Source: Candidatus Latescibacterota bacterium (GTDB taxonomy: Bacteria; Latescibacterota; UBA2968; UBA8231). From it: a stretch of 64,000 nucleotides of DNA. The stretch is taken from assembly GCA_965217585.1 (NCBI GenBank), contig OZ244561.1, positions 2,752,001 through 2,816,000 of the forward strand, in the 5' to 3' direction. Within the stretch, counting starts at the first letter, position 1, and each line of letters opens with the position of its first letter. The position numbers and the translations under genes are program-made. The notes under the pieces were generated by a model. That model made no database searches and was not told where the DNA came from. It saw only the letters and a list, made by a program, of their open reading frames with translations. This document shows positions 16,775-28,894 of this stretch, in pieces.

Positions 16775-17848
16775 TTATAGAAAGACGGCGTGTGGCTCGC
16801 GGGCGGGCAGGTCTTGCAGCACCGACTCGTGGATTTCCCAGCTCAATTTCCACACATCGCAGTCCTGGTTGGCGAGGATAACCAGCGTCGCGTCCCGGCG
16901 CGGGTAGTAGCTGAGGATGCAGGCGACGCCGGCGTTCTCGCCGTCCTTTTTTAGGAAGACGATCTCGTCGCCGTCCATCAGGTAGTGGAAGCAAAAGCCC
17001 ATTTTCTCGATATAGCGCTCGCGTTGGCGGTAGACGACCTGCGGGGTGAACAGCATACGCGTGAGGTCGGCGGAAAGCGCCTTGCCAGCGAGCAGGCCGC
17101 GGATAAAGCGATCCAGGTCTTCGGCGGTAGCGCAGGCGCCGCCGTCGGGCGAGCCGATCGGCGGATAGGAATAGATGTTTTTGCGCCAGTGACCGTCGAT
17201 GAGAGAATAGCCTTCGGCCAGTCTTTCATGCACGCCGTCCATGCTGGCGAAGAGCGCGTCGCGCATGGCCAGTTTATCGAAGATGTGCTCTTGCACGTAG
17301 TCGCGATAAGAAAGGCCGGTCGCCTTTTCGATCATCAGGCCGAGCAACACAAAGCCGACATTGTTGTAACGGCAGCCCTCGCCGGGCGGGAAGTTGGGTT
17401 TTTTGTGCGCGAATTGGGGCAGGAAGTTGCGGGTCTGGCGCACGGCGTAATTCGGCGTGTTTTCCCAGAGCGCCTCGTAGCTCTCGCCGGCTTCCTCGTC
17501 GGCGTCGTCGGCTATGCCGGAGGTGTGGGTGAGCAGGTGGTAGGCGGTGACTTCGGCGGGGATCGCCGTCTCGCTGAGCTCGAGGAATTCGACGGCGCGG
17601 GTGTCGAGCGCGAAATCGCCGCGCTCGACGCATTGCAGGACGGCGACGGCGGTGAAGAGCTTGGTGATCGAGGCGGTGTCGAAGCGGATGTCTAGCGCGT
17701 TGGCGATGGAGTGGCCGCGATGCGCGTAGCCGTAGGCACCGGAAAAGAGGGTCTCGCTGCCGCTTTGCAACAAGCCGACGCCGGAAAAGTCGTGCTCGCG
17801 CTGGTAGGCGGCGAATAGTGTTTCGATGGCCTGTTGCAGGTTGGCCAT
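16775..17848 (-). CDS. Serine hydrolase, beta-lactamase/AmpC-like family
   Basis: FSGVGL, SxxK (ASITK), LLTHTSG, YNN. Confidence 0.9.
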   Translation of the reverse strand: MANLQQAIETLFAAYQREHDFSGVGLLQSGSETLFSGAYGYAHRGHSIANALDIRFDTASITKLFTAVAVLQCVERGDFALDTRAVEFLELSETAIPAEVTAYHLLTHTSGIADDADEEAGESYEALWENTPNYAVRQTRNFLPQFAHKKPNFPPGEGCRYNNVGFVLLGLMIEKATGLSYRDYVQEHIFDKLAMRDALFASMDGVHERLAEGYSLIDGHWRKNIYSYPPIGSPDGGACATAEDLDRFIRGLLAGKALSADLTRMLFTPQVVYRQRERYIEKMGFCFHYLMDGDEIVFLKKDGENAGVACILSYYPRRDATLVILANQDCDVWKLSWEIHESVLQDLPAREPHAVFL

Positions 17849-17923
17849 GCGTCAGCCCTCCTTGTATCGTTTTTTATCGCGCTTTCCAGTATTCAGAGCG
17901 TCAGCTAAAACGCAATATTGGCC

Positions 17924-18814
17924 TTATCCCGTCGCCACCTGCTCGAACCGTCGGCGAATCTCGGCCCGCGTCTCCGCGTCCAACGCACCCCGTTCGGCGC
18001 AGGCCACATTGGCTTCGAGATGATCGATGTTGGTCGTCCCGACAATGGCTGTATGCACTCTGGAATCGCTCAAAAGCCAGCGCAAGACCGTTTCGACGCG
18101 GGAGAGGCCGCCTAGGCCCTCGCCGGCAAGAACGGTCTGGGCGCGATCCCACAATACGGCCTCGTCGCCTGCGGGGCGCGGTTTTTCGTAGAGGGCGTTG
18201 GCGATGGGGTTTTTGACGATGATGCCCATGTCCTGCCCGCGGGCGGCCTCGACGAGGCCGCCTGGCTGCTGCTCGAGGATATTGTAGGTGAGTTGCAGCG
18301 TATCGTAGAGGCCGATCTCGATAGCTTTCTGTGCGGCGTCGCCATCGGCCGATAGACTGATAAAGCGGACTTTGCCCTGTTTTTGCGCCTTCAGCAAGCC
18401 CTCCAGCCCGTCGCCGAAGGCCACGTCGTCGTAGCTGGGGCTATGCAACTGGATAATGTCGATGTGGTCGGTCTGCAGCCGCTGTAGACTGCGGTCGATT
18501 TGCGGCTCAATCGCCGCGGCCGAGTAGTCGAGCGTCTGTACCCATTCTCCGTCGGGCTGCTGCACGCGCCACGAACCGCATTTGGTGGCGAAGAAAAACT
18601 CGTCGCGGCGATGGCCGATGTATTTGGCGACGAGCTCTTCGCTCCAGCGATAGGCGGCCGAAGAGTCGACGAAGTTGATCCCCAGGTCGAGCGCGCGGTT
18701 GAGCAACCGTCCGACGACGGCGCCCTCAGCCGGGTCCGTCCAGCCGATCTCCCAGGCTCCGAAACCAAGTTCCGAAACCTCCAACCCCGTGCGGCCCAAG
18801 TTCCGATAGCGCAT
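17924..18814 (-). CDS. Aldo/keto reductase
   Basis: LGRTGLEVSELGFG, ATKCG, SLQRLQTDHIDIIQLH. Confidence 0.9.
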   Translation of the reverse strand: MRYRNLGRTGLEVSELGFGAWEIGWTDPAEGAVVGRLLNRALDLGINFVDSSAAYRWSEELVAKYIGHRRDEFFFATKCGSWRVQQPDGEWVQTLDYSAAAIEPQIDRSLQRLQTDHIDIIQLHSPSYDDVAFGDGLEGLLKAQKQGKVRFISLSADGDAAQKAIEIGLYDTLQLTYNILEQQPGGLVEAARGQDMGIIVKNPIANALYEKPRPAGDEAVLWDRAQTVLAGEGLGGLSRVETVLRWLLSDSRVHTAIVGTTNIDHLEANVACAERGALDAETRAEIRRRFEQVATG

Positions 18815-18829
18815 AGCGTGTCTCTCTTG

Positions 18830-18954
18830 TTAAAGTATGAATCCTTCCAAGAAGCGATCGACGATGTGCTGGGTGTGGGAGTACTTGTGGAAGATAGTGC
18901 TGATGGCGGCGTTGGAGAGGGAAGGTAGGAGAAGGAAGTTGGGGGAGCAAGCGG
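18830..18954 (-). pseudogene. Remnant of a third paralog of 15199..16392 with duplicated upstream sequence
   Basis: Encodes AAISTIFHKYSHTQHIVDRFLEG; 18914-18954 matches 16432-16472. Confidence 0.7.
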
Positions 18955-19041
18955 CGGGATGAAGGGTTACCGCCGCAACTCAATGCCCACTCCGGTCGTA
19001 TCGTATATTGTCATGCATTCACCCAAAACCGAGAGGCAACC

Positions 19042-20289
19042 ATGCAGACGATCACTGTATCGCGCAACGACGAGATCTACGAGGCATTCGCCGATGTGGC
19101 CCAAGCGGCCGACGGCACCCTAGTATGCACTTACCGCGAGAGCATGGGACACAGTTCGCGCCCCTTTTCTCGCATAATCGTGCGCCGCAGCTTCGACCGC
19201 GGTTTGACTTGGGGCCCGCGCCAAGTGGTGGTGGCGCGCACCGAGGAGGAGACCGCCCGGGGGCTGGGACGGCTCAACTGCTCGCGCATCGCCGCCTGCC
19301 GCGACGGGACCTTGCTGCTCATCGTTGACTTGCTGCTCAAGGATACCTTTGAAGAATACCTAGAGCCGGGCATGTGCATGAACCTCTTGTTGCGCAGCCA
19401 CGACAACGGGGCCACTTGGGAGGGGCCGGAGGAGACCGACATGACCGAGGGCATCGTCCCCTCCATCAAGGAACTGTCCAACGGCGACCTGATTGTCGGA
19501 CTCACCGAACAGTGGCCCGGTCAACGGGGGACCGAGGATTTTGTCGAAGTGCAGACGTGCTATCTGTCCGCCGACCAGGGCCGGACTTGGGAAGGCCCTT
19601 GCAAGGTGCCCGACCCCGAAGGTTCGTCCTACACCGGGCTGCCCTGGCGGCTGAACGAGGGGGATTTCGCCGAAATGGACGATGGCACCCTAGTGCTCTA
19701 CATGCGCGAGGATGGCGAGGGCCTGAGCGGCTGGAAGAGCTTTTCCAGTGACGGCGGCCGGACGTGGTCAACGCCGATACGCACCCACATGATGCACTGC
19801 CTCGGTCGCCCCTCGGTGGGTCGCCTGCGCTCGGGGGAGGTGGCCATTACCTACCGAGTCGCCTGCGGCCTTTCTACTTCCCTGGGGCTCTACGTGGAGA
19901 CCGCGGCGGAGGCCCTGCGCGGCTCACCCGCCCGGGCGGGTGAGCCAGCCGACCCGGAGCAATACCAAGGCGAAACCGAGGCCCGCTTCGCCTTTCTGGA
20001 CAACGATCGCGCCCTGTCGGCCGACAGCGGCTATTCGGGCTGGGTGCAACTACCCGACGGGACGCTCTACGTGGTCAATTACATCACCGACGACGCGCCC
20101 CGCGCCCATATTCGCGGCTATGTAGTGGGCCGCGAGGTCTGGTATCTCTTTCCCGAGGGAGCGATCCGCGCCAATACCCCCTTGTCGAACAATCCCCACT
20201 ACTACGACAAGGCCCAGCAAATGGCCCTTGAACAGCAACGCTGGGTTGACGAGCAAGATTGGTCGCGCCGCGTGCCGACGCAGAAATAG
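19042..20289 (+). CDS. BNR-repeat sialidase-like glycoside hydrolase
   Basis: Asp-boxes SFDRGLTW, SHDNGATW, SADQGRTW, SSDGGRTW; DSGYS. Confidence 0.85.
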   Translation: MQTITVSRNDEIYEAFADVAQAADGTLVCTYRESMGHSSRPFSRIIVRRSFDRGLTWGPRQVVVARTEEETARGLGRLNCSRIAACRDGTLLLIVDLLLKDTFEEYLEPGMCMNLLLRSHDNGATWEGPEETDMTEGIVPSIKELSNGDLIVGLTEQWPGQRGTEDFVEVQTCYLSADQGRTWEGPCKVPDPEGSSYTGLPWRLNEGDFAEMDDGTLVLYMREDGEGLSGWKSFSSDGGRTWSTPIRTHMMHCLGRPSVGRLRSGEVAITYRVACGLSTSLGLYVETAAEALRGSPARAGEPADPEQYQGETEARFAFLDNDRALSADSGYSGWVQLPDGTLYVVNYITDDAPRAHIRGYVVGREVWYLFPEGAIRANTPLSNNPHYYDKAQQMALEQQRWVDEQDWSRRVPTQK

Positions 20290-20292
20290 ACC

Positions 20293-21264
20293 TTATTCGG
20301 CCTGTTCGAGTGCGGTCAGATCAAACGGATTGGACCATGCCTTTTGGCCGCGGTCGTCGACGATCTCGAAGCGCACCCAGCGGGCGTTGGCCCTGAGCGC
20401 GAAGGTCGCGGTCTCAAAGAGGGCACCGTGCTGATGGTATTCGGTGCCGAAAGAATCGGACACCGCGGCGATGCGCTGCGCCGGCGAGCAGGACACCGTA
20501 GCTTCGACTTGTATGCGGTCGTCGCCTTCGCGGTCGGTGCGGCGGAGTTGGATGTCGTGGATTGCGGGGCCGGTGCTGCCGTACGATGTGCCTGCGACTA
20601 GGGCGGCAACGACTGCGTCGGCGGTGCGTTCTTTGACGCGGACCCAGGTCCAGCCTTGGTAGGTGTCGCGCTGGTCGGCTTCGAGGGCATGTGAATCGTC
20701 GTTGGCCAGCGCGGGGTAGAGGCGATTCTCTAGATCCATCCAGTCGTCCCAATGCACGCTCGACTCGCCGCGTCCGGCGCAGCGGCAGGTGGTGTTGAAG
20801 ACCTCAATGCCGGCGAACCCAGTCAGCGGCACCGCGTCGCGCAGGATATTGACCGAACTCCAATGGGGATGGGCCAGCCAGACCGCACCGCCTTGGCGGC
20901 GGACCTCGTCGATGACGTGCTGGGGGGGCATCTTCTCCGCTTTCATGTCCTCGTGGAAATTGAGGCAGACGAAGTGGTGCCGCTGGCCGCCGAAGGGGTT
21001 GTCCGGGTGCAGTTCGGCCCCCTGGATGAGCACGAAGTCGCTTGGGGCCTGCACCGTATCGGTAAAGGTGATTTTGTGGTGATCGGACAGGCAGAGGAAA
21101 TCATAGCCCTGGCCGACATAGCCGTCGAGTCGCTCTTGGGGCGCGGCTTTGCCGTCGGAATTGGTCGTGTGCGAGTGGAGATTGCCCTTGAGCCAGGTGT
21201 AGCCGTCGTCCGTGCTGAGGGCAAACGGGTTGGTCAGTGCGCCCTTAGGTGTGATGTCCGACAT
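20293..21264 (-). CDS. PHP-domain metallohydrolase (CehA/McbA-like)
   Basis: KGNLHSHTTNSDG, LSDHH, AHPHW, IEVFN, NDDSH. Confidence 0.85.
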   Translation of the reverse strand: MSDITPKGALTNPFALSTDDGYTWLKGNLHSHTTNSDGKAAPQERLDGYVGQGYDFLCLSDHHKITFTDTVQAPSDFVLIQGAELHPDNPFGGQRHHFVCLNFHEDMKAEKMPPQHVIDEVRRQGGAVWLAHPHWSSVNILRDAVPLTGFAGIEVFNTTCRCAGRGESSVHWDDWMDLENRLYPALANDDSHALEADQRDTYQGWTWVRVKERTADAVVAALVAGTSYGSTGPAIHDIQLRRTDREGDDRIQVEATVSCSPAQRIAAVSDSFGTEYHQHGALFETATFALRANARWVRFEIVDDRGQKAWSNPFDLTALEQAE

Positions 21265-21394
21265 TTTGGTCCTTTCTCTAGGTGGGGAGTTTAGCGTGTG
21301 TCAGCGTTGAACGGCATAGTATAGAGCGACCCTCTTAGGAGGGCAACGGGGCTTTATGAGTCCTGCGGCCCAGCGTCCAACAAAAGCCACTCCT

Positions 21395-22291
21395 CTATGT
21401 TTTAGACCGCCGCCCCAATCCCACCTGCGAGATCAGCATTCCCGCAAACATCAGCCCACACCCGACCAGCCCGCGCAAGGGCATCTCCTCGTCCAGCAAC
21501 AGCCACCCCCCCAACGCAGCGAAAACCGTCTCCAGGCTGAGGATGATGGCTGCGTGGCCGGGGGCCGCTCGCCGCTGAGCCACCACCTGCAAGGTATAGG
21601 CCACGCCCACTGATAGCACACCTCCGTAAAACACGGGTACGGCCGCATCGACAAGGGGTTGCAGGGCGATGTGCTCGGTGCCGAGGGCGAAGGCCGTGCT
21701 GAGAAGCGAGCAGACGAGGAATTGCAAAAAAGCCAGCATCGCCCAATCGAGCTGACGCGAGAGGCTGCCGATGACCAGCACGTGCCCGGCCCAAAAGAAC
21801 GCGCTCACGAGCACGAGCGCGTCGCCGCGAGCAATGGCCAGTGGCGGCTCCACGCTCAGCAGATATAGGCCGGCGGTTGCCACTAGAGTGCCGGTCCAAG
21901 TGCTGCGGCGACTGCGATGCCGTAGCAAGAGACCGAGGATCGGCACCAGAATTACGTATAGCCCGGTGATGAACCCGGCTTTGCCGGCCGTAGTATAGAC
22001 GATGCCGACCTGTTGCAAGGAAGCGGCGGTAAAGAGGAAAAGCCCAGCGAGCAGGCCGCCTGGGAGAGCGTAGCGGAGGCGGGATGCAAGTGGCGCGGCG
22101 GTCGTTCGCAGGACAAACGGCAAAAGCGGCAAGCAGCCGAGGGCGAAGCGCACGCCATTGAAAAAGAAGGGGCCGACGTGCTCCATGCCGGCGCGTTGGG
22201 CGACGAAGGCGAAGCCCCAGATCAGGGCTGTGAGCAGGAGCAGGAGGTCGCTGCGAACTTGGGCGGAGTGTGTCGCCGCGCCAGCGTTCAT
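21395..22291 (-). CDS. DMT/EamA family transporter
   Basis: ~10 hydrophobic segments, IWGFAFVAQ, AGKAGFITG, SLETVF. Confidence 0.9.
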   Translation of the reverse strand: MNAGAATHSAQVRSDLLLLLTALIWGFAFVAQRAGMEHVGPFFFNGVRFALGCLPLLPFVLRTTAAPLASRLRYALPGGLLAGLFLFTAASLQQVGIVYTTAGKAGFITGLYVILVPILGLLLRHRSRRSTWTGTLVATAGLYLLSVEPPLAIARGDALVLVSAFFWAGHVLVIGSLSRQLDWAMLAFLQFLVCSLLSTAFALGTEHIALQPLVDAAVPVFYGGVLSVGVAYTLQVVAQRRAAPGHAAIILSLETVFAALGGWLLLDEEMPLRGLVGCGLMFAGMLISQVGLGRRSKT

Positions 22292-22292
22292 C

Positions 22293-23108
22293 TCAGCGCC
22301 TGAAGGGCAGTGGCTGGCCCGCGTATTTTTGCGCTAGCGCACAGACCAAGAGGTTGGTGCCGAACTGTAAGCTGCGGTTGCGGCCATCGGCGTCGAGGTT
22401 GCCCCAGAACCAGCTAATGTTGAGGTCGCTGAAGATAACGGCGATCCGACCCTTGAGCTCTATAGCTTCCAAGGAGAAGACGTTGCCCCGGTTCGTGCCG
22501 CTTAGGGGTGGCCCATCGGAAAAATCGAAATAGGCCGAGTACAGAGGGTCGCTCTTGGGCAGTTTGCGCCAGCGTCCTCCGGCGCTGCCGAGGACTTGCG
22601 GGTCTTTGAGCAGGGCCTTGAACTGCCGGTCGAAGGGCGTGCCGGCTACGCCAGCGGGCCCGCGGAAATTCGTCTCTAGGGGCAAGATATCCTCGGCAAA
22701 GAGCAGGCCACCGCTGCGCAGGTAGTGGGCGAGGCCTTGCTTTTCGCGCTCGTCTAGGTGCACGACGCAGTCGAAGCCGGTCATGTAGAGCATCAGCGCG
22801 TCCGCGATGCGCGGGTCGTCGAGGGTGAGGACGCGCGAGTGCAGCGGCACTTCGAGTTGGGTCGATGTGCGGGTGAACCTCACTAGCTCCTGCACGGCCT
22901 GCGAGAGATAGTCGCGCTCCTTGACCGCGTATTTGTAGTTCACTTGGACGATGGTCAAGGGGCCGCCCGGTGCCGGAGTCGCAAGCCGGCGTTCGGGTTG
23001 GGGGATCGATACAGGGGGACGCTCGTCTTGAGCTAGGGCCAGGGTGCCGAGCAGTAGTGTAAGAAGGAGATTTGTGCTCGGCCGGCGGATGTGGTGGACG
23101 GTGGCCAT
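22293..23108 (-). CDS. DUF4159-like protein
   Basis: LYMTG, YLRSGGLLFAED, GRIAVIFS, FGTNLL. Confidence 0.7.
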   Translation of the reverse strand: MATVHHIRRPSTNLLLTLLLGTLALAQDERPPVSIPQPERRLATPAPGGPLTIVQVNYKYAVKERDYLSQAVQELVRFTRTSTQLEVPLHSRVLTLDDPRIADALMLYMTGFDCVVHLDEREKQGLAHYLRSGGLLFAEDILPLETNFRGPAGVAGTPFDRQFKALLKDPQVLGSAGGRWRKLPKSDPLYSAYFDFSDGPPLSGTNRGNVFSLEAIELKGRIAVIFSDLNISWFWGNLDADGRNRSLQFGTNLLVCALAQKYAGQPLPFRR

Positions 23109-23141
23109 GTTTATATCCCAAGGTTGCGCCGTGGCGACAGG

Positions 23142-24122
23142 TCACGCGCTGAGCTTGTTGACCACTTGGATGAGGGCCTGCATAAAGCCCACGCAATGGG
23201 CGCGCCCCCTGTGGCCCCAAGGCGAGTCATCGACAATATGGGGCACGTGATCGGTGATCATAAAGCCGTCAAAATCGACCGCCTTGAGCGTCTTGACGAC
23301 CTCGAATGTATCGACTTGGCCGCAGTCGATAAAGGTCTCGTGGAAGTCCTCTACCGGCCCGATGACATCGCGAAAGTGAATGTAGATGATTTTCTTTTGG
23401 CCGCCGAAGTGGCGGACGGCGCGGATGACGTTGTCGTGGCCGCCCATCTCCGACCAGCACCCCATGCAGAAATCGAGGCCGTGATGCGGGCTGTCGAAGG
23501 TGTCCATGTTGCGCTTGAAGTCGTCGAAAGAACTGCATATCCGCGCTATGCCGCCGAGGGTCGTGCCGGTGGGCGGATCGTCTGGGTGCAGGGCTAGACG
23601 CACATCAGCTTCCTCGGCTACGGGCAGGATTCGCTCCAAATACCAGCAGTAGTTTTCCCACATCTCGTCGTGGGTGAAGACGCGGCCGTGGGTCAGTTCC
23701 TCGGGGTCGTGCTCGGCGAGGGCAAAGCGAGTGGCGCGAGCGCCGCCGCGCAAGGTCGCCGGCTCGGGCGTGCGCCAGACGCTATTGGGGACCCAGTGGT
23801 AGCCTAGGATCGGGATGCCGGCCTTGCCCATATTGTGCACGGTGTTGAGCATGTGCTGAAGTTGTTCTTCGCGGCCGCTTTGGCCGAGCATGATCTTGTC
23901 GTAAAACGATGTGGGCACGTTTTCCAGCGCCATCAGCCGCAGCTCGGCGGCGTCGGCCCGCTTTTTGAGGGCGGCCAAGTCATCGTATTCCCACTGCTTG
24001 TCTCCAGGAAGCCTAGGGGTATTCATCAGGAAATCGTCGCAGCCCATCTGCTTGATAAAGGCGAGCTTCTCGTCGGTGAGTTCGTTGAACTGGCCCAGAC
24101 CCACGCGCATTTGCAGGGACAT
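23142..24122 (-). CDS. uxuA: Mannonate dehydratase
   Basis: LPVAEEADVRLALHPDDPP, GLDFCMG, IHFRDV, FHETFID, DHVP. Confidence 0.85.
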   Translation of the reverse strand: MSLQMRVGLGQFNELTDEKLAFIKQMGCDDFLMNTPRLPGDKQWEYDDLAALKKRADAAELRLMALENVPTSFYDKIMLGQSGREEQLQHMLNTVHNMGKAGIPILGYHWVPNSVWRTPEPATLRGGARATRFALAEHDPEELTHGRVFTHDEMWENYCWYLERILPVAEEADVRLALHPDDPPTGTTLGGIARICSSFDDFKRNMDTFDSPHHGLDFCMGCWSEMGGHDNVIRAVRHFGGQKKIIYIHFRDVIGPVEDFHETFIDCGQVDTFEVVKTLKAVDFDGFMITDHVPHIVDDSPWGHRGRAHCVGFMQALIQVVNKLSA

Positions 24123-24183
24123 AAGTAGCCTCCAGAGGTGAGGGGTTGCAGAGCGGGAAATTTGCCGAAGCCGCCGGAGCAGG

Positions 24184-25098
24184 TCAAGCGCGGCCGCCGA
24201 CTCCGGCCCCGGTGCGGACGTGTACCTCTAGGCCGGTTGCGGAGTCGGTGACTAGATCGCTGTCGAAGGCTATCGCCCCCGGCTCGAAAAGCAACGCGAC
24301 TGTCGAGCCGCCGAACTGGAAAAAGCCCTTTTCTTGGCCGCGCTCACAAGGCCCTGGCGAGTACGTCTGGACGATGCTGGCGACGTTGATGGCACCGACC
24401 TCGATGTAGGCAATCCTGCCGAAGGCGGGCGTCGCTAGCTCGCAGACGGAGCGCCGGTTGCGGTGGAATACGTCGGGCACGCGGGCGAGGGCGATTGGGT
24501 TGACGGAGTGGTAGGTGCCGTTGATCCACTGCGTCTGACCGACTTGGCCGTCGGCTGGGAAGTGGAAGCGGTGGTAGTCGTAGGGAGCGAGGCGCACGAC
24601 GAGGGCGGCCCCGCCGTGATATGGAGTGGGGTCGATTGCTTCGGCTAGGAGTTCGCGGGCCGCAAGTTGGCTGCTTTTGACCGGCAACACATCCTCCGCT
24701 GCGATCTGCGGATAGACGAGAACCTTGCCATCGGCGGGGCAACAGAGGCGCTTGGGGTCGGGGTCGCAGGGCCTAGCTCCGGGCTTGAGGCGGCGAGTAA
24801 AGAAGTCGTTGAAGCTGGAGTACTGGCTGAGGGGATATTCGATTTCGTCGAGGTCGATGCGGTAATGCTCGACAAAAGGGCGAATTTGACGCCGAGTCCA
24901 GGTGCTTTGCTGCCACCAGCCATAGAGGCGAGAGCAAAGAGGCCGGTTGAGGACCGCGCGAAAAGCGAGCCGCCCCGCACTCGTGTGGTAGAGCCAGCGG
25001 AGGAGGGACTGCCCCGGGACGTGTTCGACGACGATATCCCCGGTTTGGCGGTCGCGGTAGCGGGTTGGTGTGGGGGTAGTGGCTCGACGAGAAAGCAT
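24184..25098 (-). CDS. psd: Phosphatidylserine decarboxylase proenzyme
   Basis: FNDFFTRRLK, CPADG, RLAPYDYHRFH, FQFGGST cleavage motif. Confidence 0.92.
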   Translation of the reverse strand: MLSRRATTPTPTRYRDRQTGDIVVEHVPGQSLLRWLYHTSAGRLAFRAVLNRPLCSRLYGWWQQSTWTRRQIRPFVEHYRIDLDEIEYPLSQYSSFNDFFTRRLKPGARPCDPDPKRLCCPADGKVLVYPQIAAEDVLPVKSSQLAARELLAEAIDPTPYHGGAALVVRLAPYDYHRFHFPADGQVGQTQWINGTYHSVNPIALARVPDVFHRNRRSVCELATPAFGRIAYIEVGAINVASIVQTYSPGPCERGQEKGFFQFGGSTVALLFEPGAIAFDSDLVTDSATGLEVHVRTGAGVGGRA

Positions 25099-25112
25099 AT
25101 GAAAAGAAATAA

Positions 25113-27447
<2,335 letters not shown>

Positions 27448-27451
<4 letters not shown>

Positions 27452-27930
27452 CTGATGGCCTCTTCGATGGCGGCGACCAGTGCCGGATCGTTAGGTGTGG
27501 TCCGAGGATCAAAACGGGCCAGCGGTTGGCCGTCCTTGTCGATGAGGAATTTCTCAAAATTCCAAGAGATGTCGCCGGGAAAGGCCGCATCCTCGCCGGC
27601 GAGATAAGCATAGAGCGGGTGCCGGTTGGAGCCGTTGACCTCTATCTTGCCAAAGAGCGGGAAACTCACGTCGTAGCGGGTCTGACAGAAGTCGAGGATC
27701 TGCTCCTCGCTGTTAGGCTCTTGTCCCCCGAATTGGTTGCAGGGAAAGCCGAGGACCGCTAGGCCCTTGGCGGCGTATTGGCGATGCAGTACCTCTAGGT
27801 CGGCGTATTGCGGGGTCAGGCCGCACTCGCTGGCCACATTGACGACGAGGAGTGCTTTCCCGGCGTAGGCGGCTAGGTCGGCATCTTGGCCGCGAATGGT
27901 TTGGGCCGTGAAGTCGTGGACGCTGCTCAT
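27448..27930 (-). CDS. Glutathione peroxidase
   Basis: VNVASECGLT, GFPCNQFGGQEP, WNFEKFL. Confidence 0.95.
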
Positions 27931-28081
27931 ATTTTTTCTCCTTGTAATTCGATGGTTCGGTTGAAGTTGGGTTAGACTCTAATATTGCCACTCGCCTAGC
28001 TGCGTTCAATACCCGGTGCATATCCGGTTTATCTTGCCTATCTTTTCATGCCCTTCTAACACAACAGCATAGGATCTGACT

Positions 28082-28894
28082 ATGACCGACCGACCGGCTA
28101 TCGAAATTTACTCTATCGGCACAGAGCTTTTAAACGGACAGATCCAAGACACCAACTCTTTCTGGATGGCGCAGCAGATCGCGGCGCTCGGCGGCTATGT
28201 GCGTCGGATCGCGATCCTCGACGACGATATGGACGAGTTGACCGGCGTGCTCAAAGACGCCTGCCGGCGCGGAACCCGGGTGGTGATCACCACTGGGGGA
28301 CTCGGGCCGACGCCCGACGACATGACGGTCGAAGCCATCGCCAAGATCATGGGGGTGGGCACGGAAGTCGATGAAACCTTGGTCAAGCGCTATATGGAAA
28401 GCCGTGGTATCGAAAAGCGCGCTGACGTCAGCGAAGGCCTGGTCAAGATGGCGACCAAACCGGAAAGCTCCACGGCCCATCCCAACCCGGCGGGCGTGGC
28501 TCCCTGCGTGGAGTCGCAGGTCGGCGAGACCACGATTTACAGCCTACCGGGTCCGCCGCGTGAGGTTGAAGCGCTGTTTCGCCAGTCGGTAGAGGATGCC
28601 TTGGCCGGGATATACGACGATGTGCGGCTTGCGTTGCGGGTCGTCGTCAACCTACCCGAATCGCAGTGCGGCCCGATCCTGCACAGCGTAATGAGCCAGT
28701 GTCCCAATACCTACCTCAAGGCCTTCGTCGCGTTGAGCGAGCGCACTGCCGATGGTCAGCGGTTGCCGGTGGATATCGTCGTTTGGGGCAAGGAGGCCGA
28801 GGAGGCGCAGGCCCTGCTCGACAAGGCGTTGGCGGAGTTTAAGGTTCAGGCGTTTGAGAAGGGTAGCGAGGTCGAAATCCGCGACGAGCAGTAG
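28082..28894 (+). CDS. CinA-like molybdopterin-binding (MocF/COG1058) domain protein
   Basis: [34 protein letters not shown]. Confidence 0.85.
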   Translation: MTDRPAIEIYSIGTELLNGQIQDTNSFWMAQQIAALGGYVRRIAILDDDMDELTGVLKDACRRGTRVVITTGGLGPTPDDMTVEAIAKIMGVGTEVDETLVKRYMESRGIEKRADVSEGLVKMATKPESSTAHPNPAGVAPCVESQVGETTIYSLPGPPREVEALFRQSVEDALAGIYDDVRLALRVVVNLPESQCGPILHSVMSQCPNTYLKAFVALSERTADGQRLPVDIVVWGKEAEEAQALLDKALAEFKVQAFEKGSEVEIRDEQ

